DNA of 63,821 nucleotides, counting the filler, from Chrysochromulina tobinii (taxonomy: Eukaryota), in assembly GCA_001275005.1 (NCBI GenBank). It is 6 parts of 6 records of this genome, joined end to end, with 100 filler letters (N's around TTAATTAATTAA, not from the genome) between each part and the next. Parts side by side here need not be neighbours in the genome. Positions count along the whole stretch, not along the records: positions 29,380 to 49,367 come from JWZX01000563.1; 5 more parts are not named here. One strand, 5' to 3'. A program made the translations under genes and the position numbers. Below, in pieces: positions 31,823-44,033 of the stretch (its first letter is position 1; every line of letters begins with the position of its first letter). The notes beneath the pieces are model-generated. The model saw only the letters and a program-made list of their open reading frames with translations. It ran no database searches and was not told the origin of the DNA.

Positions 31823-32650
31823 ATGCTGTTTGCCGCCGTCTTAAGCCTGCTCCTGCATCCGACCGGCTCGCTGCTGCTACGCCCAACCGCAGCCCCTGCA
31901 GCTCTGCGGACTCGCTGTGCCGTGCCCGTCGCGATCGATTTCGCCGCCGACAGCGTGGCCAGCCCGCTACCCTGCGCCCCCGAAAAGTGCGAGACGGCGT
32001 GCGACAAGGACGCGCCACCGCGCATGGCGAGAGTGCCGAAGGCGATCACGTCGCAGCCGTTGGCGAGATCGCCCGATGCTGCACCTGCAATCGAGCGCGT
32101 TGCGGGTCCACGCACGGCGTCTTTGCCGCCGCCCGATGACCTCGCGGATGAGGTGATGCTGCGGATCGTGATGCAGGAGATGACGGACACGGAGGTGAAC
32201 GCGCTCGCTTGGAAGTACTTGGGCTACCATTTCCAGGAGGCGACCGGCACGTGGGACACAAGCGCCGTCTTCCCGAACTGGCGGCAAAAGTTCCCACAGC
32301 CACCCGACCTCGTCGGCGTCACGAGAAAGTACGAGCGCGAGATCGACGAGCCGGTGCTTCGCGCGGTGCAGTCGCTGCAGCAGTCGGTCGCCAAGGAGCA
32401 CAAGAACAACCTGCGCGCCTTCCTCAAGCCGCTCGGCTGGAATGGGTACAAGATGGACGGGCTCACGCCCAATATGACGCGCCGCGCCCAGGTTGCCAAC
32501 TGGCTGCTCTACTACCGCGAGGCGCTGCACGGCGTGCCCGTGGAGGAGCTGCGCCGCAGGCGCGAGGTGCGAGCAGCGGAGGAGGCGGCACGGAAGGCCG
32601 CTGGCGAGGTGATGGCCCCGACAGGCACTGCGGCGCAGAGTGTCATTTGA
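31823..32650 (+). CDS. DUF1823-family protein with probable bipartite plastid-targeting presequence
   Basis: VNALAWKYLGY...WRQKFPQPPD...SVAKEHKNNL...LGWNGYKMDGLTPNMTRRAQVANWLL; N-terminus MLFAAVLSLLLHPTGSLLLRP. Confidence 0.8.
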   Translation: MLFAAVLSLLLHPTGSLLLRPTAAPAALRTRCAVPVAIDFAADSVASPLPCAPEKCETACDKDAPPRMARVPKAITSQPLARSPDAAPAIERVAGPRTASLPPPDDLADEVMLRIVMQEMTDTEVNALAWKYLGYHFQEATGTWDTSAVFPNWRQKFPQPPDLVGVTRKYEREIDEPVLRAVQSLQQSVAKEHKNNLRAFLKPLGWNGYKMDGLTPNMTRRAQVANWLLYYREALHGVPVEELRRRREVRAAEEAARKAAGEVMAPTGTAAQSVI

Positions 32651-32998
32651 CTTTTGAGGGAAAAGGATCGCATGTTCGATGTTGACCATGAGAGCATGAG
32701 TGGGTGGTGAAGAAGACCGCTAACGCTCACCGAAGCATGCAGCCCACGCTTCCCAACATCACCGTGAGAGCCCCGGCCCTCCCAGAGTGTGTACGCGCAG
32801 CAATCGCCGGCGCGCGACCTACATGGTGCACATGACGCTGCCCCACTGATGGGGAAAGTCGATCTTCATTCTGAGTTTCAAACTTATGAAAGTACCGGTC
32901 GAGTTCCGGGCAATGGCGTGGACGTGCTTGCAGACTCTGAGGTGAAACCAGACTGCAACTAAGCAGAACGTGAGCGCGAGCGCGCAGCCGCTGTGCGT

Positions 32999-35900
32999 AT
33001 GTCGTCACCGACACGGGCGCGAGGCAACTCGCAATTGGGCGCCATTCTGCGCAAGAACCTGTTGCTCAAGCGCCGTGCGCCGAAAACGACGTGCGCTGAG
33101 GTCCTATCGCCGCCCCTCTTCCTATCCATCTTGGTGCTCGGCTACTTCCTCTCGGAGACCGAGGTATACGGCGTGGGTATCTATGCTTCGACAGAGGTCA
33201 ACGTGGCCAGTCTCATCTCCACGCTCGGCCCACTCGTCAGCGGAAGTGCGCGGGTCGCTGTGCCCACGGTGGCAGGGGTGGCTGGCACCCAAAGCGAATG
33301 TGAGGTGACGAGCTTAAACACCAACTTGACACAGTGCGGGATCGAAAATACCGAGAACGTTGACCTGTTTGGCCTGCGCGGCTCGCTCACGTCCATCATA
33401 AACGGGCCGCTGCCCGTGCTCAACATTGACACATTCCTCTCAATAGGGCTTAGCGTGCGCAACGCGCTCGGCTCGAAGAACCTAAAGCGCCTCAACGAAG
33501 CTGAGGAGTACTTGCAGCTCTTTGGCAACATCCTCACTCCGGGGAACATCCACATCTCGCCCGATACCAACCGCACACGCGACTTTGTCGCACGATCGCG
33601 CGCGGCTCACCCGACACTGAACTCGATCGACATGATCCTCCATCCCGATGAGCGGACGGCACTGCAAACTATTTCCGAGGGCACGTCAGGGCAGCGCACG
33701 TGGGCGCTGCTCGCGTTCCTCGAGCTCGACCCAGCCAACCTGAGCGTCTCCATCCGGCTCAACTACACCACCGTACCAAATACGAACCGTCTCAACAACT
33801 GGGTCGCCCGAGGGCTCGACACCGACTATCAGCAGTACATTACTTCAGGCTTCCTGACGCTGCAAGCGCTCGTGGACGAGTACGCCTTCGATGTGGCAGC
33901 GCGGGAGGGCTACGCGATTCCCTACGCGCCGCCCACCTCGTACGCCTTCGCCGCGCCCATGCCCACCGCCGCGTACAGCCAGAACGAATTCTATCTCGCG
34001 GTGAGCTTCATGCTCTCTCTGGTGCTGACCATGTGCCAGCTCTTCCCCGTGGCGCTGCTCACGAAGGCAGTCGTGGTCGAAAAGGAGCAGCGACTCAAGC
34101 AGACGATGCGCATCATGGGGCTGCGCGACCCGATTTTGTACGCCTCATGGTGGATCACCGCCTTTTCTCAGTTCTTGATCATCGCCCTCCTGTCGACATT
34201 CGTCATCAAGCTTTTCGTCGTTAAGACGTCCTTCGTGATCGTCTTCGTCTTCGTCGGCTTCTTCTGCCTGGGCGCGATCTCGTTTGCCTTCCTGCTCTCC
34301 GTATTCTTCTCGAATGCCGTCCTCTCAGCCGTCGTCGGGCCGATCGCCTTCTTCGGCTGCCTCCTCCCCCGCTACCTGTTCTTCGGCTCCAACCGTTACG
34401 AGCGCACAACTGCGAAGTTATGGGCCTCACTCTCGCTGCCGACGGCCTTCGCCTTTGGCGCGGACATCCTCGCCGAGTACGAGCTGGCCGAGATCGGCAT
34501 CAATCGCAGCAACTGGGCGCAGGATGACTACAGCTTCCTAACCTCGCTCGGTATGATGCTCGTCGACACATTCCTCTACATGGTGCTCGGCTTATACCTT
34601 GAACGCGTGCTGCCCTCGCGCTACGGCACTCGCGAGCACCCGCTCTTCTTCGTGCGCCCGTCGTGGTGGGCGTGCGCCACGCCCGGCCCGTCGCGGCTGC
34701 GCGCGCCACTGCCGACCTCCCCCGCCTTCGAGCCGCCATCTGAGGCTCTCCGCAACTCGGACTCGATTGAGATCGTCGGGCTGGGCAAGGTGTATGGGGA
34801 TTGGACCTCACTCAAAAAGGTCGCCGTCTCGGGACTCGACCTCTCGTTCTACTCGGGCCAAATCACGTGCTTGCTCGGCCACAACGGCGCGGGCAAGACC
34901 ACCACCCTCTCAGTGCTCACCGGGCTGTACCCGCCCACCACGGGGGACTGCTACGTCTTCGGCTACTCGATCACGCGAGCGCGCGCCGTTGTGTACAACA
35001 TGCTGGGCATCTGCCCCCAGCACGACGTGCTCTGGCCTGTTCTGACGGTGCAAGAGCACCTCGAGCTGTATGCGACCCTCAAGGGAGTGCCCTCGAAGCA
35101 CGCACGCGTCGCCGCACGTGCGATGGCTGCCGAGGTGGGTATCCCTGAGAAGGCACATGTGCGCGCGCATGCCCTGAGCGGCGGGATGAAGCGAAAGCTC
35201 TCTGTTGGCTGTGCACTCATCGGCGGCTCGAAGGCAGTGCTGCTCGATGAGCCTTCGTCAGGCATGGATCCCTCCTCGCGCCGTTCAATGTGGGAGTTGC
35301 TCAAGCGCTCCAAGCCCGGGCGAGTGCTCGTGCTCACTACCCATTACATGGACGAGGCGGACCTTCTCGCTGATCGTATTGCCGTCATGAACCTGGGCAA
35401 GCTGCAGTGCTGTGGCTCGTCGCTCTTTCTCAAGTCGCGCTTTGGCCTTGGGTACACCCTCTCGATGGTGGTCGCCGATGGCAAGGCGTCCGACGCGATC
35501 ACGCGAGCCGTGCACGCGACGCTCCGCCGGCACGTGCCCGAGGCGCAAGTGCTCTCGGCCGCGGGCGACGAGCTCTCGTTCCGTCTGCCCTTTTCGGACT
35601 CTCCGCGCTTCGCCGCCTTGCTGGCTGAGCTCGAGCGATCTCGCGCGGCGCTCGGGATCGGCTCTTACGGCATGTCGGTCACTTCGATGGAGGAGGTCTT
35701 CCTTCGGCTCGCGCAGGGCGACGAGGCTCTTGCAATGGTGTCGGCCAGGAAGGCCATGACGACGACGACGACGGACACGTACACGATGTTAAAGCAGGAC
35801 CTGGACGCACTCGAGGTCCCGCCCGTGCTCGGTACGGCGATCAGGGGAGCCGCTAAAAGCCCCGAGGGCAAGTACTGGCGCAAGTTGCGGAGCTACAAGA

Positions 35901-38900
35901 CGCACGTGGTGCTGCTGCGCCGCTGGCGACGCTCGAAGAGCTTCAGGCCAACGGTCAGGCGGCTGCAAGGTACCGCCTTCCCTGGCCCGGACGACGAAAT
36001 GGCGCGGATGCTTCCCGAAGGCGTCGAGTTCACTTCGGTGGAGAAGCTCACCGTCGGGAGCGAAACGTCCACGCCGCCTCCCTCGCCCCCGTCGCATGTG
36101 GTGGCGCCGCAGCCGGCCGAGATTGATATCTCGCCCCCCCCGAAGGGCGGGATTGATATCTCGCCCCCCCCCGAAGGGCGCACAGAGCCGCCGCGCCCGC
36201 CCCTCGAGTTCCAGCCTCAATCTGCTCAGCCATTTGAGAGGTTCGCCGAAGGGATCGTCGACGCGCCAAGCCATCCAGAACGCCGACGGGCCCACAGGCC
36301 TTGTGACAGACGACGAGCTGCACGCAGCCCCGTCAGTGCCTCCGATGCGCAAGCAGCTCTTCGTGATGCTGCTCAAGCGGTGGACCTGCCTCAAGCGCAA
36401 CAAGAAGGGCTTCTTCACGCAGCAGATCCTTCCTGTGGGGCTCGTCGCCGTGATCTTGCTCATCCTCACTTTGGAAGACCCGCGCGTCGGCCCGCCACTC
36501 CGCATGCATGCATCCATCTACCGGCGCACGCGCTGGGGGGGCGAGCAGCCGGAGCCGCCCACGCTCCACGTGGCCAACCGCGCGCGCGACACTGAGCTCT
36601 TTCGGCACTACTCGACGTACTCCCTCGACTGGCAAGAAATTGGCGCGGCCGATTCGTACAACCTGAGCCAGTACCTGCTCGATACGTACAACGATCACCA
36701 GAGTCGCGCCACTCGCCTCGGCGGCGCGTTCGCGGGCGATATGGTCCACTTCAACTTGTACTTTGGAGGCGGCGGGTTGGAGGGCGTGCTCCTGGGCAAC
36801 GGCAACTCGTCGGCCGTAGATCCTGAGGACCTCGCTGCCCTTTCGGGCGGCGTCGCGGTCGCGTTGCTCACGTGCTCGCGCTGGCAGCCGGGCGGTGTCG
36901 GTTTGGTCGGTTGGACCCCGGGCATCGTCGCGCAAGCGCTCCTTCCCAGCCTCAACCTGAGCGCCTCCACTGAAGCACTCGTGATGTCGCTCGTGCGGGG
37001 CGCCAACGGCACCCTCGCTGGCCTCAACGTGTCAGCCTCGGGGCTCGCTGGCCTGGCGGCGGGTGCGCTTGCAGGCTCCATCTACCTGTCCAATAGCAGC
37101 GTATCGAATAGCAGCAGTGGCTTCAACAGCAGCGTCGTCGTGGGCACGGCTCCGACCAATCTGATCACCAATCTGATCACGGACGCGCTCGCTACGGTGA
37201 TCGGCCCCGCTGTCAGCGCCGGCCTCGCCCTCGGCGCTGCGGTCGTCAACAACGCCTCGGTCGCTGCCGTCGGTGCGGGCGTCGGGACTGGGCCAGCGGG
37301 AGATCTGATCTGCGCGGGGCTCGGCCAGGTCAGTGTGCTTGACGCCGAACTGAGCGCTGCAGGCGTCCCTGTCGCCGCCCGCGCCGACGGCTTTGCGACC
37401 GCGAATCCAGCCGACTCCCTCGGCAGCGCACTGGTCAATGGGCAGCCTTTGCGTGAGGCGGCGCTTGAGCTGCTCGAGGACAGCGCTGGGCGCGCCGCGA
37501 CTGTGGGGGTCGGCTTCATCTTCGACTCGATCACGTACGACCCGTGGCTGCCGCAGCTGCGCGCCGCGCTCAACCCCATCACGCCCCTACTAGTCGCTCT
37601 CTCATGCAGCACCTACCCGTGCTCGCTAGTTCGGCCAGCCAACGAGCAGGCGCTCACACTCGCACTGCGCGCGGCGCTCGTGGTGGTGGGCGGCTGGACT
37701 TCAGCCGAGGCAAGTAGCCTGATCACCGTGGATCGCATACGACGCTCGCTCCCGTACATCCGCGTCTTCAACAACCTCGTCACAGAGCTCGAGGGGGTTC
37801 GTCGGGGCAACGAGGTGCGACTGCACTCGATCGAGAACTTCCCGCTCCCCCTCGCCGACCTCGCCGAGCTTGTCGCGCTGATCGCCGACGTCAACCCGAC
37901 GGGCCCGTTCACGGCGCTCCGCCCCGTCCTCGACGGCTGGGCTGCCGACGGCGCTCCCCTCACCATCCCGACCACCGCAGAGGCCGCGGCCGGCGTGGCG
38001 GCCGACGCGGCGGGCCAGAACTCCACATTAGGCGACCGTGAACAGCTCAACCTGCGCCAGCTCACGCTTCGACTCGGGATGGTCTGGCTTGGCCCTGCGA
38101 GCCTCAAGGTCAACCACTTGGAGCTGACCGCCGTTGGCACCTTTCAGGCTTCTTCCTCGCTATCCTCGCCGCCGTCGCCACCGCCGCCGCCGCCGCCCGG
38201 CCCAATGCGCCTGACCATCGGCCACCTGGAGCTCTCGGACAGCGTGATCGCCTATGTGAATCTGAGCTATGCGGACACTCGCACCTCGGGCTCCGCCGCG
38301 GGCTTCACGTACGACGCGCGTGTCGTGCCGAGCATCTACACGGCACCCTGGCTCAATGTCTCTCTTCCAGTGCAGCTCACGGTGCTGCACAACACCTCGT
38401 CGGCGCACGCGATGGCCGTCTTCCTCGGCGAGGCGAGCCAGTCGGCGTGGTACGAGGCACACGCAGCGATGCACCCGCCGCCACCGCCGCATTTGGGTGT
38501 GGTTGGCGACGCCCGTGCGCCGATCGGCCCAGTCAAGTACGAGGTCTTCAATGCGCCGCTGCCGCTCACGCGCCGCGCAGCCCTTGAGGTATGGCGGACC
38601 CTGATTGCGACTGATTGCGACTGATTGCGACTGATTGCGACTGATTGCGACTGATTGCGACTGATTGCGACTGATCTGATTGCGACTGATTGCGACTGAT
38701 TGCACCTCCGTCCGCCCTTGAAGTACGGCGGACCCTGGCCTTGCTCTCAAGCCAGTGCATGCGAGCGCTCACCGCGGCGCCCTCTCCCCACAGGTACGGC
38801 TGATCCTGGCCTTGCTCTCGTCGATCTTCATGCTCGTGCCCTTTTGTTACATCCCGGCATCGGCGGCCGTCTTCGTCGTGATGGAGCGCATCTCCAAGTC

Positions 38901-41160
38901 GAAGCACCTGCAGCTCGTCTCCGGCGCGAACCCCCGGCTCTACTGGCTCGCGACGTTCATGTGGGATCTTCTCGTGTACCTGCTCGTGGTCTCGCTGTGC
39001 ATGGTCGTCTTCCGGGTGTTCAACGAGCCCTCGCTCATTGGAACGTTTCAGCAGGGCGCCGCCATCTTCTGCGTGCTCATGCTGTACGGCATCGCGGTGC
39101 TGCCGCTCGTCTACTGCTACTCGTTCCTCTTCGACTCACCCACGACGGCGCAGATCTCGATCATCATCTTCAATTTCGTCGCCGCTTTTGCGATGGTCAT
39201 CGCTCACCAGATCATGAAGGAGCTCCCGAACACGCAAGCCGCTGACGCGGCGCTCGTCTGGCTCTACCGCTTCCTGCCCGGCTACAATTTTGGTGAGGCC
39301 GTCATCAACCTGACCACTAACTACTATCAGGGCCTGCTGCTCGGCAGCGCCGACCCTCCCTTCTCCTGGAAGGTGATCGGCCGACCCCTCCTCCTCATGT
39401 CCTTCGAGGCCGTGGGCTACTTTCTGCTGCTCCTGCGCATCGAGGCTTCCGCGCAGACATACGCCAAGCTTGAGCCGTGCCTCGCGCTGCTCTGCGGCGT
39501 GCGCGAGCCTTCTATCGACCTCTCGCGCCGCTCGCGCTTCGCCATTTACGCGGCGCTCATCTTGATCGTAGTCGTGCTTTCCAGCAATATCACACAACCG
39601 GGTGGAGGGCTGCTTCTCGCCGCGATCGTGCTGAGCACCGCAGCCGGAGTGCTCTGGTATGAGCGCCGGCTGCGGCGCACCGGGGGCACGGCCGAAGCGC
39701 ACGCCTCCGCGGAGCTCACCAAGCGCGAGGGCGGCACAGCCTTCGATGAAGAGAGTGACGTGGCAGCTGAGCGGGCGCGAGTCGCCGAGCTCGTCAAGTC
39801 GCACGACGAGCACTCTCGGAGGCTCACGGGCGTCGAGGAGGCCGTCCTCATCTCGGGCCTGCGAAAGGTGTTCCCCGGCCGTGGTCTGGCGGCGCCGAAA
39901 GTGGCCGTCGTCGACCTCTCGCTGGGCATCCATCCGACAGAATGCTTCGGCTTCCTTGGCGTCAACGGCGCGGGCAAGACGACGACTCTCTCGATCCTCA
40001 CGGGCGACTATCTGCCTTCTCGCGGCGGCGCGTGGCTGGGAGGCTACCACGTGGTCCATGGCATCCGACGCGTGCGCGAGCGCATGGGGTACTGTCCGCA
40101 GAGCGATCCGCTGCTCGAGCTCATGACGGCGCGAGAGACTCTCACCATGTTCGCGCGCCTTAAGAACTTGCCCGAGGATCGCATCCCATCGCTCGTGCAG
40201 CAGCTGCTGCACAAGGTGACACTCACGCCGTACGCCGACCGCGTGTGTGGCACCTACTCTGGCGGTAACAAGCGCAAGCTCTCGCTCGCCATTGCCCTCG
40301 TAGGCTCACCCGCCGTGGTCTTCCTCGACGAGCCGTCGAGTGGGATGGATCCTGTCTCACGACGCCACATGTGGGACATCATCATGCGAGAGCGCAAGCA
40401 GCGCTCGATTGTGCTGACCACCCACTCTATGGAAGAGTGCGAAGCGCTCTGCACGCGCATCGGCATCATGACGGCTGGACGGCTACAGTGCCTCGGCGGC
40501 CAGCAGCACCTCAAGTCCAAGTATGGGGGCGGGTACACGCTCGAAATGCGTGTGGCCGATGCAAAGGCGGAGGCGCTGCCCGCACGCATGGCGCGCCTCT
40601 TCCCGGGAGCTCGGCTCGACCAGTCGCACGCCGGCAAGCTCACGTACGAGCTGCCCAAGTTCGAGGCGACGGGCGGCAAGAGCCTCGCTGAGGTCTTCGA
40701 GACCATGGAACGACACAAGGATGCACTAGGGATCCTGGACTACTCTGCCTCCCAGCCCTCTCTCGAGTCCATCTTCCTCGCCATCGCTGATAAGGACATC
40801 AATCGGAAGCCCCGCGAGGACATCAATCGCGAGGATGATGTCGCCCGCGCCACCAACGTGCCTGCACGGAAGGACAGCGTGCCGCCATCACTCGAGCTCC
40901 ACGCGATGCCGCAGCGCGCGGCCGCCGTCGGCAAGCAGGAGGACTCGTCTGAGACCGAACGCTCGGGGTACGACTGGATGCGCTCGCCCGCCACCAGCAG
41001 CCGCACCCATCCCGACTCGCCTTCGGTGGCCGCCCCCACCGAGGGTGAGCCATCGTATCGGCTCGCGTACGGCGGCTTGGAAATCCAAGGACCCCCCCTG
41101 TCCATCAGATTTGGTGCGGCGCCCGCGCCCGCCGCGGTGCAACCCGACTCATCGACATGA
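32999..41160 (+). CDS. ABCA: Full-size ABC transporter, subfamily A; apparent +1 homopolymer frameshift at 36164-36172, intron 38589-38793
   Basis: QLGAILRKNLLLKRR; VVEKEQRLKQTMRIMGL; NBD1 LLGHNGAGKTT / LSGGMKRKL / LDEPSSGMDP / TTHYMDEAD; NBD2 GVNGAGKTT / YSGGNKRKLS / TTHSMEECEALC. Confidence 0.95.
38589..38793 (+). other. GT-AG intron (205 nt) with nested duplications and (CTGATTGCGA)n filler
   Basis: Splicing gives AALEVRLILALLSS; a degenerate copy of the spliced junction lies at 38714-38748; ends TGCATGCGAGCGCTCACCGCGGCGCCCTCTCCCCACAG. Confidence 0.9.
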
Positions 41161-42045
41161 AGGGAAAGGGACAAGATGTTAGTTGTCGAGTTACAGCTTT
41201 GAGCTTAGTGCTTACGCACCACCCACCACGGCTGTACCGTATAGCGGTGGTGATAACGGTGGCGACGCGAACCTACTACGAAATAAAACCGAACGCGTGG
41301 CGTGGCGGTGTGGTTGCTCTGGTACGGCGAACGTGGACTGGGGACTACGGATTAACTACGGACGTACGGAGCTCGGAGGTGCGGACTGCCGGGTGGCCAG
41401 TGCGGCCTGGTGCGCGCGCCCGCGCGCGTACCCGTAGCCGTACGGACTACGGTACACCGCGTCACCGCCGCGGGTCCCCGCGCCCCCGCGTGTAGTTGCC
41501 GCGGGTCGACCGTATGCGGTTCGTAGTGGAACCGAACAGGCAACAGCGTGCCGGCAGTTCGGCGGATGAGTTCGGCAGTATCCGGTTCGAGATGTCGGCA
41601 CCGCCGCGCGCCGGACGCCGGACGTCGTCGCGCGCGATAACGATATAACCCAAACCCCCCCGTGTAACCGCCGACATCATCGATCATGCAATCGCCGTCC
41701 TGCCCGAAACGCGCACACACATACGTAGTACCAGACGCACGCAGATGAGCTCAAGCTTGGCACAAATGCCGCTTGCGTTTAGCATGCGTGCGGGGCAGAG
41801 CGGCAGAGACACCTTCACGTCGGCCATGGCCCATGCCCATGAGTGTGCACGATCGACGGCCATCTTGCTCACCCTCCCTCCTTATCCTTCGAATATTTCC
41901 CCTCCTCACCCCCCTCTCCGTGGGGGCGCACGCGCCGTTTCGAGCCGTGAGGCCGGCCTATGTGCACTGGCAGCCCATCATGCAGCCCGGGCCTGCTCCA
42001 GCGTTGTGGCATGCATGCAGTCGGCGTGCTCAAGACGGCGTGTGC

Positions 42046-43833
42046 TCAGAGGGCGACGTCGGAGGAGTAGGTGCCCGCAGTCAGCTTCTTGGGCTCACCC
42101 GACGCATTGGTAATCTTGACGGAGCCCTCGATGACCACGCCGTCCTCCATCTCGATGTTCGCGCCCTCAACGGTGAGCTTCTTGCACTTGATCAGGGAGG
42201 GCGGCGCGCCGGGGACGAGTTTCTTCAGCTGGTCGACGAACTTGTATGCGTCGTCGAGCTTGATCGTCGGCGGCACGCCCTTGCACTCCTCCCTGAGCAC
42301 CATGCGCAGGTCGGTGGTGACCTCATACGCGTCCGACATGAGCGCGAGCATGTCGGCTGTCGTCTTGACCGGTGCGAAGCGCGTGCGCGGGATAAGGATC
42401 GCGGCCGCCGTCGGGAAGGCTGAGATGGCCGAACCCATCGCCGTCTCGAGCTGCAGCACCTTGGTGGACGCCTTGTCGCGCGGGTCGACCGTCTTGCCGT
42501 TCTTGATGACCGGCAGAGGGAGCGCGCCGTCGAATTTGGTGAACGCCGCCTTAAGTTCCTCGAGGTTGACCCACAGGTTGTTCGTGTTGAAGAACTTGTA
42601 CTTGCCCACGTTTTGGAACTCCTTTTCGTCCGCGTCGGGGCACTGCGCAGCCTCGCGCAGCAGCAGGCCACCGCCCTTGGCCTTGGCCAGGTGGCCGCCC
42701 TTCTTATCCGCGTCGGTGCGCTCGGCGCACTCCATCGCAAAGGGCGAGCCGGACGCTGCGAACCAGGTGAGGAGCTTGAGATCCATCGTAGCGCCTAGGT
42801 TGTCCGAGTTGGAGACGAACATATACTTGTATCCCTTGGCGAGCAGCGCATCGAGCGTGCCCGTGCCCACCATCGCCGGGTACAGGTCGCCGTGGCCGGG
42901 CGGGCACCACTCGCACTCTGGCTTTGCGGGCCACGAGGCGGGCGTCAGGTCGTCCTTGGTGATCTTGGGCGCCTTGTTCTGCTGGAACTCGAGGGGCAGA
43001 CCCTCGGACTGGAGCGTCGGGTACTTGGCCAGGTACTCGAGCGTGTCCGCCGAGGTGGCGAACGAGTTCATGAGCATGAACGCGAGCGGCTTCTTGTACA
43101 CGTCGCGCATCTGCTCGACTTGGAGGGCAATGAAGTCTAGGAAGGTCTTGCCCTGCTTCAGATCAAGTAGCGATTTGGCCTTCTCAAGGCCCATGCCCGT
43201 GCCCAGACCGCCGTTGAGCTTCACCATGACGCAGCTCTCGAGCAGCGCGGGGTTCTCGGCGGTGAGCGCCGCGTAGTCAGGAAGGCTATCCACCGGCTCG
43301 ATGCTCGACTCAGGGATCATAAGGTCGGCGCCCGACGTGAGCACCTTGAAGTTGTACTTGAAGGCGTTTTGGGCGGCGCTGTTCATGCCGTCGGCCGTCA
43401 TCTTCTGCTCATACGAGGGCCAGAGCGCTGTGAACTTCTCGTTCTCGGGGGTTTCCATCTTCGAAGCTTTGAGGAGGTAGTTGGCGATGAAGGTGAAGGG
43501 ATCAGCGGGACGCTCCTTGAGTGTCGCAGCAACGACCTGCGGTAGGGTTTAGGAGGGCGCGCGTGAAGGTCGAGGCATCGCGTGGCGGTGGCAGTCGGCG
43601 CCGTGACCGGAGCTGGCCGCAAGGGAGGCACCCTCTCACCTCAGCGATCTTCTTCTCGAGATCGAAACGCTGCAGATATGCGATGTTCGACTCAGCCTGC
43701 AGAGCGCGACGGAAGAGGGCGGTGAGCGGAGAAAAGCGATGCCGGCAGCAGCAGTAGGGCGCTAAGTCTGGCGTCTATCGGCTGAAGTGAGCCAACGGTC
43801 CGCGACAGCGCATCGGGCGTCAAGTCGTACCAT
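42046..43833 (-). CDS. UGP: UTP-glucose-1-phosphate uridylyltransferase with N-terminal RIIa/Dpy-30-like extension; exons 43833-43831, 43696-43640, 43536-42046
   Basis: KLNGGLGTGMGLEKAKS, LMNSF, WCPPGHGDLY, VSNSDNLGA, FFNTNNLW, QLETAMG, RFAPVK. Upstream GT-AG introns add MAESNIAYLQRFDLEKKIAEVVAATLKERPADPFTFIANYLLKASK in frame. Confidence 0.95.
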
Positions 43834-44033
43834 GCACGCTGCGAAGATAGAAAAAAGATCAAAAAGATTCCTGAAAAGTCTGGGATCCTCGGAGATTTCG
43901 CTACAGGAAACTTCTATGTTCACTTTGTTAAATGTACATGGTTCGGGAGCGCACGCCTTGACGCCCTCTGCTCGAAGACCCTCTGTGAAGCCTCACGACA
44001 CGTGACGAAACTTGAAATAACTTGAAAACCAAC
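43834..44033. promoter_or_regulatory. Probable bidirectional promoter between the UGPase and EF-hand genes
   Basis: 200-nt AT-richer interval between two divergent ATGs (43833 on -, 44034 on +). Confidence 0.55.

Noticed and set aside
36164..36172. Programmed frameshift or pseudogenisation of ABCA
   Set aside because: C9 run versus C8 in the adjacent duplicate copy; removing one C restores the frame and both halves are intact, so a homopolymer sequencing error is most likely.
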